A stretch of DNA of 63,342 nt, filler included, from Octopus bimaculoides (taxonomy: Eukaryota), in the NCBI RefSeq assembly GCF_001194135.2. It is 8 parts of 7 records of this genome, joined end to end, with 100 filler letters (N's around TTAATTAATTAA, not from the genome) between each part and the next. Parts side by side here need not be neighbours in the genome. Positions count along the whole stretch, not along the records: positions 1 to 7,594 come from NC_069008.1; positions 7,695 to 20,861 come from NC_068982.1; 6 more parts are not named here. One strand, 5' to 3'. Under the pieces are notes generated by a model, which had not been told where the DNA came from, did not search any database, and saw only the letters and a program-made list of their open reading frames with translations. Both the position numbers and the translations under genes were made by a program. Below, in pieces: positions 1-11,674 of the stretch; the stretch's first letter is position 1, and each line of letters opens with the position of its first letter.

Positions 1-380
1 TTAACAGTCGTGGTCAGTTTGGCTTCTCGTTGGTTTGGTAACCCGAGGATGTTTTCAACAAACATAACTTTGGGGTTATTCTTAAACGAAGTTTTTAGTG
101 TCACCATACGTCCCGTCGCCCACTGTAAGTATATTTTGTTTTTATAAGCATTACCGCTTATTTGGTTTAGCTCCTCGTTTAATTCCATTTTTTCTCCATT
201 GTAATCGTAGGAAAGTTTGGCAAAGGAATTCCTTCGTCCTTTAGTCATGTTATTGCTGACGTACATTTCAGTTTTGATCACAGATTTCGGAGAGATTTGC
301 ATCATAAAATTATTTTTGATTTTCTTGAATGGCCAGGTATGGATGTGAGAATGTGTGGACTTCAATTGGAAATTAATATT
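1..380 (-). CDS. Coding exon (runs off window edge) of a large basic beta-strand-rich protein, tentatively large lipid transfer protein (apolipophorin/apoLTP/vitellogenin-like)
   Basis: Acceptor cttgtctttcattgcag|AAT at 381/380, then 126 stop-free codons to the edge: NINFQLKSTHSHIHTWPFKKIKNNFMMQISPKSVIKTEMYVSNNMTKGRRNSFAKLSYDYNGEKMELNEELNQISGNAYKNKIYLQWATGRMVTLKTSFKNNPKVMFVENILGLPNQREAKLTTTV. Phase 0 matches the donor of exon 3229-3451. Not in the ORF track, probably because it has no stop in the window. Family call is from composition and alternating hydrophobicity only. Confidence 0.85.
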
Positions 381-2574
381 CTGCAATGAAAGACAAGTCG
401 TTATATTAATTAATACTTTCTCACCAAACTAAGACGATATCTTGTACCACATTATAAGTCTCATTCACCTCGTACTAAGGTTTATATATTTCAATTAAAA
501 TTATTTTAATGAATTAATGCGTGAATCTTATGCATAGTTATGCTCTAAAGAAACGCACGCACAGTACACAGACAGACACACACATGTATACATATAGATA
601 TATACATACGTACTTACGCATATATATATATATATANNNNNNNNNNNNNNNNNNNNNNNNNNNNNNNNNNNNNNNNNNNNNNNNNNNNNNNNNNNNNNNN
701 NNNNNNNNNNNNNNNNNNNNNNNNNNNNNNNNNNNNNNNNNNNNNNNNNNNNNNNNNNNNNNNNNNNNNNNNNNNNNNNNNNNNNNNNNNNNNNNNNNNN
801 NNNNNNNNNNNNNNNNNNNNNNNNNNNNNNNNNNNNNNNNNNNNNNNNNNNNNNNNNNNNNNNNNNNNNNNNNNNNNTTATTAGTTCCACCTGACATATG
901 TTCCATTTACAAAGGATGATTATTAATCACACAATAAAAGTTTGATAATCAAGAACATATTGTCAAATTGTCAGAGACATGTAACATTTAAATGCAAAAT
1001 TATTTCATGTAAAATATTGACAGAATGAATTATTCTGAAGATCAGTCCAATAATATTACTTATAATAGTTACACATCGCTGAAGATTTTACAAGTGTTGA
1101 TTAAGTAATAATAATCTCATTGTATTAATAAAATCTCCATTATGTGGTGTAGATGATATGTATTAGAAACAATCTCCCATGTCTGACTTATTTTATAGAC
1201 TACTTCTTTACTGTCCTCCTCCCACTTCCATCAATACTGTCTCTGCCCTTGAAATATTTATACCTTTTCTTTTCATTATAATTTGTATATTTCATCCATT
1301 CGACTTGTTGAACATGTGTATATCTTATTTTTCTCATAAATTCCTATATTTTTGCCTCTTGTAAATCGTACGGCGATGATGGCAGCATGGCTACCACTTC
1401 TGTGGGATAGTTTCCTCTTCCTATCGTCTCGTACAAATATATTGGCTGCTTTGTTTCGTCTTTCTCACTTACTGCATCCATGACTTTTACCATATTATGG
1501 TGTTGAACGGTAAGCGATGTCCAGATTATCTTAGATTTGTTTTTCCTCGCTATGAAAATTTCGACATTTTACTCAATCACAACCTGCATTGCTACTGCGT
1601 TAAAGTAATTCTAAAACATCGTCTTTGATTTAATTCAAATAGATTCTAATATGCCTCTTTAATATGAGACTGACCGGATGCTTTGCCTACACCCAAATGT
1701 CGTTAATGTTGTCTCCGTCCTGAAAATATTCATAATTTGTCTTTTTCACGATAGTTTCTACAGTCCATCCAATGAAAGTGTTTGATTTGTTGAATATTTG
1801 TATAACTTTTCTTTCTCAGAAATTCGTATATTTACGTCTCATCATAAGCCTTGCACCTCACTTGATCACGATGTGCCCACCCATTCTCACCCCCACGACC
1901 TACACCAGAAACCTTTCTTATGTGCCGCCATCCTCCAAGCTTATGTCAACACTCATTGTTGTCAGTAAGGTGGAGGTCAGCAATGAGTTTAGTGGTGTCG
2001 AGATGATCAAAAGTGGTAAATGGCGCAATGAAACAATGTCATTTTCTTTGGAATTAGCATTCACACCTATTCCCACAACAGGGTGAGTTTATTAAAAATA
2101 AGACCTCAATCCTGACTGTTTGGCTCCTGCAGTGAAGAAGAAAGGTGTTGTTTTTTTTTGTGATGATTTTCGTTAGAGCCGTATCATAGAATTCACTCGG
2201 CTCTTTATGTGTCTTACATAGCAGAGCTAACAGGGAGAATTTTCTGAATATTTTGGTTGATCATTTCCATTCTACGTTGCAAATATTGTTCTCTGGTGGT
2301 AATGCCATCTTCCAGTATGGTAATACACTAATTCACATGGCTAATGTTATTCAGAATTGGTATGAAAGGTACAAAAGTGTTGTAGACTACATTAGTCATC
2401 CTCCGTTCCCATTGTGTTTCCTTAAGTGGGCCTGTCTATTGGCTTGAGACTCCAGTCTCCTTCGTTTCTGCTCTGGTACCCCTTGTTACTTCAAGCCGGC
2501 TTTCCTGGTTATTTCAAACTGAATTGTTACTTCTCGTTGCCCTTGTGTAAAGCAAGTGTATATGTGCGACAGAG

Positions 2575-3140
2575 CGCTAATAATTTGAGAGAGAAATTAG
2601 GCACAAGAAGAATTAAACTATATTGGTTTGGTCATGTGATATGTATAGATGTAAACAGGTGAACACAAAAGTGCCGATCAGTTAAAGTGGATGGAACTTG
2701 TGGAGGAGAGAGACCCAAGAAGACATGGGACGAAGTATTGAAGGAGGCCAATCACAAGACACTAAGCCTTGCAAAGGAGACGACCGAGATACATCTGGCA
2801 AGCTGCTGTATTCAGGAAGGCTCATCTGCTACACCAGAGTTGAAACCGGTACTGGTTCCACACAAAAATAACTCGAGAAGACTCGTACCCACAGCAGAAG
2901 TCATTACGGTACAGATGCCACACAAACGTAACTCGTGCTAGTGCCATGTTGAAAGCACTGGTGCTGGTGCCACATAAAAAGCTTCCAGCACATTCTGTGA
3001 AGTGGTTAGCATTAGGAAGAGCATCTAGCCGTAGAAACTATGCCAGAACATGCAATGGAGTCTAGTGCAGTCCCTGTCCTTACCAGATTCGGTCAAACCA
3101 TGTCAGTATAGAAAACAGACGTTAAATGATGATGATGTTG
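2575..3140 (+). mobile_element. RTE-type LINE 3' end (degenerate)
   Basis: Translates RRIKLYWFGHV...GTCGGERPKKTWDEV; 3' UTR and (GAT)n tail shared with the 51544 and 55720 copies. Confidence 0.8.
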
Positions 3141-3228
3141 ATAATGAAGTGTCTCAAACCTATAGGCTGAAGATGCGTAGAGAGTATACATTGTAACAGA
3201 AACATAGAATTTAAAAAAATCTACATAC

Positions 3229-3451
3229 CTTTGTTTGGTCAATCACACTGAGTGTATAATCATATTTACGGGTAATTCCTGGTGAAGCATAAGTGAGGAG
3301 GGTGTTGAACTTCAAGGTGTTGCTTCGCTTCTCTCTGGAAGACGGATTTGTGTATATAGCGACGAAAGAAGTTGATAGTTTTCCGATGCCCCTCACGGCA
3401 CGACCTTTCACATTGAAGTTCAGAACTGGCCGTTTCTTACTGGTGACGTCT
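3229..3451 (-). CDS. Internal coding exon of the same gene (223 nt, phase 2 to 0)
   Basis: Acceptor ggtttcacag|A, donor AAG|gtatgt; only one frame is open: DVTSKKRPVLNFNVKGRAVRGIGKLSTSFVAIYTNPSSREKRSNTLKFNTLLTYASPGITRKYDYTLSVIDQTK. Phases match both neighbouring exons. Confidence 0.85.
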
Positions 3452-3499
3452 CTGTGAAACCACAACAATAACAACAACAATAATCATATCATTAAGAAT

Positions 3500-3716
3500 A
3501 ATAACGGTTTCAAATTTTGACACAAGGTCAGCAATTTCAGGGGAGGAGGTAAATTGATTACATCGACCACAGTGATCAATTGGTACTTATTTTCTCGACC
3601 CCAAAAGAATGGAAAGCAAAGTCGATCTTAGCGGAATTTGAACTCAAAGCGTAAAGTCGGACGAAATAGCGCTAAGCATTTCGCACGGCGTGCTTACGAT
3701 TCTACCAGCTTCTGCC
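3500..3716 (-). mobile_element. tRNA-derived SINE family C (GGCGGCGAGCTGGCAGAA head)
   Basis: Homologous to 30241-30460 and 60298-60484; B-box-like GAGTTCAAATTCC on the minus strand. A second partial copy follows at about 3720-3862. Confidence 0.7.
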
Positions 3717-4765
3717 TCAATAATCCCTTTTACTATAGGCACAAGACCTAAAATTTGTGATGAGGAGACCAGTAAATTACATCGGCCCCAGTGCTTCACC
3801 GGTACTTAATTTCTTGACCCTAAAAGGATAAAAGGCAAAATCAACTTTGGCGGAATTTGAACTCTCTCTTTTAAGCTCCTTACTGATCATCCTTACCCTT
3901 TCTTCTAAAATCTGTTTATCTCCTCTCCAGCAAGAAATCTGTTCTACTCTGGCCCCTTCTCTTATACTTTCACTCCTTATCCCCTAACGTAAAGCTGCCT
4001 CACTGAAGTTCATAGTTTTGAAATTTGCATGGTTACCTCAATAGTCAATGATGGCTTGTAAGAAGCAACCAGGGCACTTTGTAAATTACTTGGCATTAGG
4101 AAGGGCATCCAGCCGCAGAGACCATACCAAAGCAGACAATAAAGCACGATGAAGTCCTAAGGCACATCAGATCCTGTCAAACCGCCTATCCCATGCCGCA
4201 GCATTGAAGCATGGATGTAAAATGAGAGTGATGAGGATGATGATTATGATAGGCATGGTTGTGTGCTGCGTGGCACCATGAGAAAGTGCTTCTACTATAA
4301 CCTCAGGCTGACCGAAGCCTTATGAGTAGACTTGGTAGACAGAAACTGAAAGAAGCCCAATCATATATATANNNNNNNNNNNNNNNNNNNNNNNNNNNNN
4401 NNNNNNNNNNNNNNNNNNNNNNNNNNNNNNNNNNNNNNNNNNNNNNNNNNNNNNNNNNNNNNNNNNNNNNNNNNNNNNNNNNNATATATAATATAAATCC
4501 CGTTGTGTGTGTGTGTGTGTGTGTAAAAAATTATAACGGCCGTATTTTTCAACTGATTTTCTCTAAACTGGGAGCATACATTACTTAAGTTCCAGAGATG
4601 GTTTTAGCCTCTTAAATGTTTTCATATAATGAGTAAAGGGCCCCTTGAAGCAGAAATTGCCCGTTCCTGGGTTACGTGGAGAAGGGAGGTAACATTTTGC
4701 AAAATAACTATCAGAAATTGATTGTTTCCCTTACATCCATTGGTCAAAATATTATCACAATCTCA

Positions 4766-6100
4766 TCTAATATATAATAATCTATCTATCCTATTTGTCT
4801 AACTAGTTATCTCTCTCTCCCCCTCTCTCTATATCTCACTCACAACTCACTCTCTATTTCAGACGCTATTGTTTTCATTTTAAGTTCAGTCGCTATTTTT
4901 TTCACTAAGTTTTCAATTGCTATTTACAAACAATAACGACAAATTACTGACAGAAAGAAGTTCACAATTCCCGATGAAAGTAATTTCATACATAATTTAC
5001 TGATAGAAGTAACTTCAAAATTTCACTTCAATCCGTACACTTTGTTAAATTTGCCTGCAATTTCTTATTTACCTTTGCAACATTTTGTGCTTTTTTTGTT
5101 GTTGTTGACGGAATTACTGATAAAAGTAAGTTCATAATTCACTGCCAGAATTAACTTCAAAAATTTCACTTAAATCCGTACACTTAGTTAACTTCCCTAA
5201 AACTTTACTTTTGCGACGGTTTTGTGTTTTTCTGTTGCTAACGGCTTTTTTCTGGTTTCTTTGTTACTGTCTCTTTGGTCCAATAAGTGACAAATTTCAC
5301 TTCAACCCGTATAATTCTTTATTTTCCGTAAAAATTTCTTATTTAATTTCTACTCGTCGTATTAAGAAATATAGTTTCCGTTACCCAATTATTTTCATTG
5401 TTTACCATCTTCTGCACCGTGTATTTCTGTATCCGTATACAACCATGCCTAGAATGAAAGTGTCAAATTTTTCTGCAATGTCAAGGTCAACCAAAAGAGT
5501 GTCTCTGTCCAGGGAAAGAGAGACAGCTGCAGAAAGGGAGGAATAACAATGAAACGAACAGATTGTGCACTACAAAACCCAGAGCATCTCAAAGTGATGA
5601 ACAGAAGTATGCACGGCTGACAAGTATGCACTGCAGAACGAAGAGCAATTGCAACAGCTCAGAGAAGCAACTTCTATGAAGCAGCTCTCAATTATGATCC
5701 AGCAGTTCATTATGGAGATGACACTAGAGTATCCATTGGTGCAATGACAACTGAGTGCATACATTATAAAGCAAGGAAGTGGCCTGGAGAGATACCTGCA
5801 CTGTCCTGCAGTGGTGGAAAGGTTAAACTCAATGCAATACCCCAACCTCCAGAGCTATTGAAGAAACTGTTGTCATCAATTGACCAAGATTCAAAGCACT
5901 TCCGAAACAAAATTAAGCAATACAACGCTGTACTACAGATGACATCATTTGGAGCCACAAGAGATATAACTGAGCCAGAATTCATGCAAACTTTCTAGAT
6001 CCGAGGTGAGATTTATCATCGCATTGGTTCTCTACTATCTCTGTCAATGAATCACCAAATGAATCACCAAAATCGTCCTTTCACTATTTGTGATATGGAC
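4766..6100 (+). mobile_element. Helitron 5' fragment (degenerate RepHel N-terminus) in an intron of the lipoprotein-like gene
   Basis: 5' end A|TCTAATATATAATAA; translation AALNYDPAVHYGDDTRVSIGAMTTECIHYKARKWPGE...GGKVKL...PPELL...IKQYNAVLQMTSFGA...IRGEIYHRIGSL matches the Helitron N-terminal zinc-finger region. Confidence 0.85.
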
Positions 6101-6251
6101 CTGTTTTTTTGGTTACGAAATAAGCTACAAAAGATGTCACATATAAACAAAATTTCGTTTTTGAAGCGTTGAAATGTATTGTAATTTATATGATATCTAG
6201 CCTTTCTCGATGACTTTATAACTTCTAAAATTGCAGAAGAATTCGTTGGTA

Positions 6252-6328
6252 GGCAGTTTAACTTAAAGGGTAGAGCACTCCAACCGGATATTGGAGGGGT
6301 GTGAGTTCGATCCTCATGGGTGGTTGCC
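6252..6328 (+). pseudogene. tRNA-like sequence (tRNA pseudogene or SINE head)
   Basis: T-arm gtgag-TTCGATC-ctcat and anticodon stem ctccaa/ttggag are present. The acceptor stem pairs only with wobbles and a 4-nt insertion, and the anticodon loop is non-canonical. Confidence 0.5.
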
Positions 6329-6470
6329 GGCAAATTTTTCTATTCTTAAAATGATTTTATCCTTTATATATACTGTTCAGTATTTACGTATCGAAAAAAT
6401 ATTTCTACTTGTTCTCCAATACAATTCAACGCTTCAAAAACAAACTTAGGTTTCTTTACATATGACGTAA

Positions 6471-6514
<44 letters not shown>

Positions 6515-6719
6515 ATTTCTTTATTTGTAAATTAAGTCTACCATTGGTTTCATGTTAAGAAGAGTAGGAAAATATCCAAGTATCTTAACAATCTTTCAAG
6601 CCGATCACATGGAGAAAGGTGTTCGCCTCCATTTTGGAATATAATCTTTTATTATTTATCCACCAAATGCGGTGGTGAGCACTCATTCCAACGTTTCACA
6701 TTTACGTAAATATATATAC

Positions 6720-6764
<45 letters not shown>

Positions 6765-6795
6765 AGTGTGTTCGTGTATAACCATGTATACTCAC

Positions 6796-7015
6796 ATGCT
6801 GTATATGTAGGTTACAGAGTTCTTGAGACGTTGTTCCTGTCCTTTGGTTGAGACGACAATTTGGTCACTGAGTTTGGGTCCAAAGTTGTACAACAAAGAA
6901 ATGCGACTCTGTTTTGCTATTTTAAAGACCATCCGAGCATTACCCATTCCAGACTTGTAACCAATCTTCCCCTCAAGTCCTCCTTGTTGCCCACGCCTGG
7001 ATCGGCCTATTCCAA
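6796..7015 (-). CDS. Internal coding exon of the same gene (220 nt, phase 1 to 2)
   Basis: Acceptor ttattctcaacag|TT, donor AGCAT|gtgagt; GIGRSRRGQQGGLEGKIGYKSGMGNARMVFKIAKQSRISLLYNFGPKLSDQIVVSTKGQEQRLKNSVTYIYS. The split codon AT|A (Ile) joins exon 3451 in frame. Confidence 0.85.
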
Positions 7016-7238
7016 CTGTTGAGAATAATAATAAGAACAACAATTTTAGTAATAACGACTGGAATTTTATACCTTTTCTTTCTGTATCTAAATATGCTGA
7101 CACAAGAGAAACGATGAATGAAAGTGGTGAAATCTTTAATTAAAGATGTGATTTTCTCCATTCTTGCTCTCGTTTATATATATACACACACACACACATA
7201 TGTTCGTATATGTACACACACACACGCACACACGCAGG

Positions 7239-7290
<52 letters not shown>

Positions 7291-7594
7291 TATATATATG
7301 AACCAGACTTAGGAACGATGTTTTTGGTGTTTACTTCTTGCTATTTACCTTTTACCCTGAAGATGTATAAGGTAATTTATCTATTTAACTTGTATTTGAC
7401 AGTTAAATATAGCCTTATACAGAAATGTTGACATAGGAATAAACTTCAATAATAATGGATATCAGCGTCAAAACTCTCTTTTAAATTTTTGATATATAAC
7501 CAAGGAGATCGATCCATAAGGCGTCTACTTTAGACCTTTGGGGAGAAATCTCTTGCTACTTTGGTAGCGATTACATGTTTATCTCATCAACACA

Positions 7595-7694
7595 NNNNNN
7601 NNNNNNNNNNNNNNNNNNNNNNNNNNNNNNNNNNNNNNTTAATTAATTAANNNNNNNNNNNNNNNNNNNNNNNNNNNNNNNNNNNNNNNNNNNN
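7595..7694. other. Assembly join spacer N44-TTAATTAATTAA-N44
   Basis: Six-frame-stop linker at 7639-7650 inside exactly 100 nt; the same structure occurs seven times. Confidence 0.95.
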
Positions 7695-8880
7695 GAAAGA
7701 CAGAAGATTGAATATACGAGAATATATTATTAATAACAACAATTGTTTTGACACATCTAGCATCGACTCAACTTGTGGAACACAAAAACTAGTTCACGAG
7801 TATCCGGTGGTGCAGACGTATCTTATCGGGTGATAAAAAATGAAAAAATATTGTTACAATGACTGTTCCATAATACAACTTTCCGTTTTGTAGAGAGAAA
7901 AACAGCCGGACGGAGGAAAATTCTTCATATATATAGAATATCAAAAAATAAAATTACAGAAGACAAAAGAGAAACGAACACTTAATCCAGCGAGAAAAGT
8001 ATTGAAAATANNNNNNNNNNGAGAAAAGTATTGAAAATAACCGTTAAGAGATATGGATGTATAAACGCCCTCGGGCAAGCAGCATGGCACGAGTACACAC
8101 GCTCACAGAAGCATTAGCAAAAATGTGAGTATACGCACACGCGAAGGTAGGCGCACTCATAATTACAAAGTGAGTTAGATATTTAGTAGGTGTTTAAAAG
8201 AACAAGGAGGTTTCAAGTAAATTTAAGTCATCCATACCTTAAAGTAAAATAAAATAAAATTACACTAAGTTAACAGTTACTCAAAATTCATTCTCACTGC
8301 ATTGTGCGAAAGTATATCTATATGCATGTAGGCATCTCGATAGTCTTTCAGGAATTTTATTAAGTATCTTTTCATTAGTCCACAGAATAGACAGGGATTC
8401 CTCGGAACAGAGACGGCATCTCCTGGAAATTGCACTGTATGGTTTTACATGTCTAACTACGGACCAAGTAATGTAGTATTTCGTATTAGCCTCCTTTAGT
8501 CGTCTTATAAAATCGGCCAAAGGTGTCGAATGTCTCTTATTGATTGAACTAAAGTTGGCAACATGGTTACGATAACGATTCTTAAATGAATCAGCCGTCT
8601 GCCCAATGTAAACATAGGGTCCTCCCCTTGTGTGCACGGTACATTTATATACAAGATTTGTACTCATACAGAGATTCATCAAAGGGCATTTGGATTTATC
8701 CCTGCATGAGCATTTGTCGTTTATATTTGTACATAAAGTAGTCCTGACTTCATTTACTGGGGTTGTTATCGTGCTAGCCGTACCACGAGAATTTCTACTA
8801 CTACTACAAATTGGTCGAAGTTCATGATTATCAATGCGGATTACATCTCCTTGGCTGGCATTTAGATGTAAATGTGTTTC
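7695..8880 (-). mobile_element. Penelope-like element: C-terminal GIY-YIG endonuclease plus 3' pLTR region
   Basis: Frame is stop-free from about 8880 to 8281: KCSCRDKSKCPLMNLCMSTNLVYKCTV...VYIGQTADSFKNRYRNH...CRLCSEE...LNK...CLH. A degenerate hammerhead motif lies downstream at 7733-7834; a SINE fragment interrupts the 5' side. Confidence 0.85.
7733..7834 (-). ncRNA. Degenerate type I minimal hammerhead ribozyme motif (PLE pLTR)
   Basis: ATCAC-CCGATAA-GATACGTCT...AGATGTGTC-AAAA-CAATTG-T-T-GTTAT: 9-bp stem II and palindromic stem III ACAATTGT, but three core transitions (U4C, G8A, G12A). Confidence 0.45.
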
Positions 8881-8981
8881 TCAACCACCATCACTTGACA
8901 ACCGATGCTGGCGTGTTTACGTCTCCGTAACTTAGCGATGTTCCACAAGAGTGACCGATAGGCTTCACACAACACCATACA

Positions 8982-9216
8982 TGTTGTTGGCACTCCGTCG
9001 CTTACGACGTCAAGGGTTCCAGTTGATCCGATCAACAGAACAGCCTCCTGAAATTAACGTGTAAGTGGCTGAGCACTCCACAGATACGTGTACCCTTAAC
9101 GTAGTTCCCGGGGATATTCAGCGTGACACAGTGTGTCAAGGCTGACCCTTTGAATTACAGGCACAACAGAAACAGGAAGTAGGAGTGAGAGAAAGTTGTG
9201 GAGCTTTAGGTGTTTT
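8982..9216 (-). mobile_element. tRNA-derived SINE family A, partial
   Basis: Near-identical to the 3' part of 12921-13296; runs into an N gap. Confidence 0.85.
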
Positions 9217-9847
9217 NNNNNNNNNNNNNNNNNNNNNNNNNNNNNNNNNNNNNNNNNNNNNNNNNNNNNNNNNNNNNNNNNNNNNNNNNNNNNNNNNNNN
9301 NNNNNNNNNNNNNNNNNNNNNNNNNNNNNNNNNNNNNNNNNNNNNNNNNNNNNNNNNNNNNNNNNNNNNNNNNNNNNNNNNNNNNNNNNNNNNNNNNNNN
9401 NNNNNNNNNNNNNNNNNNNNNNNNNNNNNNNNNNNNNNNNNNNNNNNNNNNNNNNNNNNNNNNNNNNNNNNNNNNNNNNNNNNNNNNNNNNNNNNNNNNN
9501 NNNNNNNNNNNNNNNNNNNNNNNNNNNNNNNNNNNNNNNNNNNNNNNNNNNNNNNNNNNNNNNNNNNNNNNNNNNNNNNNNNNNNNNNNNNNNNNNNNNN
9601 NNNNNNNNNNNNNNNNNNNNNNNNNNNNNNNNNNNNNNNNNNNNNNNNNNNNNNNNNNNNNNNNNNNNNNNNNNNNNNNNNNNNNNNNNNNNNNNNNNNN
9701 NNNNNNNNNNNNNNNNNNNNNNNNNNNNNNNNNNNNNNNNNNNNNNNNNNNNNNNNNNNNNNNNNNNNNNNNNNNNNNNNNNNNNNNNNNNNNNNNNNNN
9801 NNNNNNNNNNNNNNNNNNNNNNNNNNNNNNNNNNNNNNNNNNNNNNN

Positions 9848-9890
<43 letters not shown>

Positions 9891-9996
9891 ATAGTCAGTT
9901 CAAAGCAGAGAAAAAAGAATAGGAAACAACCAAACAAACGTGAGGACGTTGCACAAGCAATGTATTAATGTAAACGCTGAAAGAAGAAGGTTGTTG

Positions 9997-10029
9997 TTTT
10001 ACGTTTCGAGCATAGCTCTTCGTCGGAAA
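9997..10029 (-). ncRNA. Minimal hammerhead-like motif
   Basis: TTT-CCGACGA-A-GAGC(TAT)GCTC-GAAA-C-GTA-AAA; U4C core variant with a weak 3-bp stem I. Confidence 0.4.
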
Positions 10030-10149
10030 GAGGTAAGAATGACGGGGCGTTTGAATTCTTCATTCATCAAAAGCCCATCCGTAGAATATCTTCATATTCA
10101 CGTAGCCAATCAATACCAAGTAATTTATTTTTACCTAAACAATGCATAA

Positions 10150-11674
10150 AATAACCATCAACATATTCAAGCAACTAAACTCTCGTATTATTTTGGTAAA
10201 GACACTGAAGATTCAGGTGCATCACTAATGCCACACTCTTGAATATTACATTTGGCAGTCATCAAGTAAGATTTGATGAAGCAAGATAAGACAACGCAAG
10301 GAATATTAGAGATGACTGGCAGGTTACACACCATCCATGCGTTGCAAGGAGAACGCTTGTATTTGAGACTGTTGCTTCGTCACAGAGATGAATCTGATCT
10401 GTGTACGGTCGACAATGTAACCTGAGAAAGTTTAAACCATTTTTGCTAAACAACGAATCATTTTGAAAATGACAGAGAATAGTAAATATGCGTGAATAGC
10501 CGAGGAATGACTTGGTGGAGCTGTTCAGAAATTTATCGGTTTCAAACTTACAATTTTGGTCTCCACAGATGCCTCTTTGTACAACATCTTTAGCGACAAT
10601 CGTATTGAAACTTTACTTCATCGTAGAAGAAAAAGACAATGCCAATGAAAACGCAGCAGGAAACGGCATTAAGACATGCTATACACACTGGATAACCGTT
10701 TGATACAACATGAATGCTCAACAGTGTAAAATGCTTTGCCAGTTCCAGATTGCTAACAACAAAATGTGCTAGTTAATGCAGAACAAATTGATCCTTCGTC
10801 AGAAGTGTATTACAATAGTCACTCAAACAACTTTAATAAGGAAGGAAAAATCGCTTTTGTGTCAATTAAATGATTAATTGTCAGCAACGAAGGGGCCTGA
10901 TATTAATGCTCTAGAAAGAATAGGCAAGACTTGCCTGTTGAACTAGCTACTGCTCTATGCTTGTAAAGATGACAGAATTTCACTTGCTACATACGATGTT
11001 GCAGCAACACGTTGTGCCCATGATTGCTTCAAATTTCCCATTCCAGTAAAATCTACCAGTCAAATATATCTTCATTATTCAACTGAAAGCCTTCTGTTCG
11101 ATGCTCAATTCTTAGTTAGGGATGTGGCCTTTGTATAGCACCTTCATCTAGCCGAAACTTTAAATAATGAACAATAAGCAATTTTGGGGAGGTAAACCAT
11201 AATTCCTCAGGGAAGGTTTCCAGCAGATTCGGCCAGTAGTCTGAAGAGTTCAACGATGTTTTTGTATCTGATGCGTATATAAGCTTAAAGTTTACAGTTG
11301 CCTCAACAACTTGCTAACAACATTGTTTAGTGAGTCGTCTAAGTAAATGTGAATATTATAGAATGTATAAACTAAGTTTCTAGAATATTAAAAATAAAAT
11401 CTAAAAATAAACGCTTTTAGATAAACAATGTAATAAAATCTATTTATTTAGCCTTCACCGAAAAAGGAAAGAGATTTCAATAACTTAACAAATTAAAAAA
11501 TCACCTAATGTAACGTCTAACTTTCTGAAAATGAAAACAGAGCTAATAAGAATAAGTTTCTAATTAATAATTCTGAGAATATTTTATATTACATGAAACA
11601 TTTAAAATGGAAAATTTTAATTTAAGATTTCGCCTTTTTTTTTGCCATCGGCAAAGCGATGGGTATCGAACTAG
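10150..11674 (+). mobile_element. Helitron 3' fragment with intact terminus
   Basis: Translates GRLHTIHALQGERLYLRLLL, a degenerate helicase motif I (GKTCLLN..AATRCAHDCFKFP) and LGGKP..GFQQIRPV. 3' hairpin CCATCG-gcaaag-CGATGG (11645-11662) followed by CTAG|T (11671-11674). Confidence 0.85.

Noticed and set aside
284-336. Apparent plus-strand exon (cag|ATTTCGG...CCAG|gtatgg; FRRDLHHKIIFDFLEWP)
   Set aside because: It lies antisense within the much longer, phase-matched minus-strand exon 380-1, which explains the stop-poor composition.
6252-6328. Functional tRNA gene
   Set aside because: Non-canonical anticodon loop and a disrupted acceptor stem; kept only as a tRNA-like remnant.
4766-11674. 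Single 6.9-kb Helitron from the 5' TC to the 3' CTAG
   Set aside because: An assembly spacer (7595-7694) and a host exon (6796-7015) lie between the two halves, so they cannot be treated as one element.
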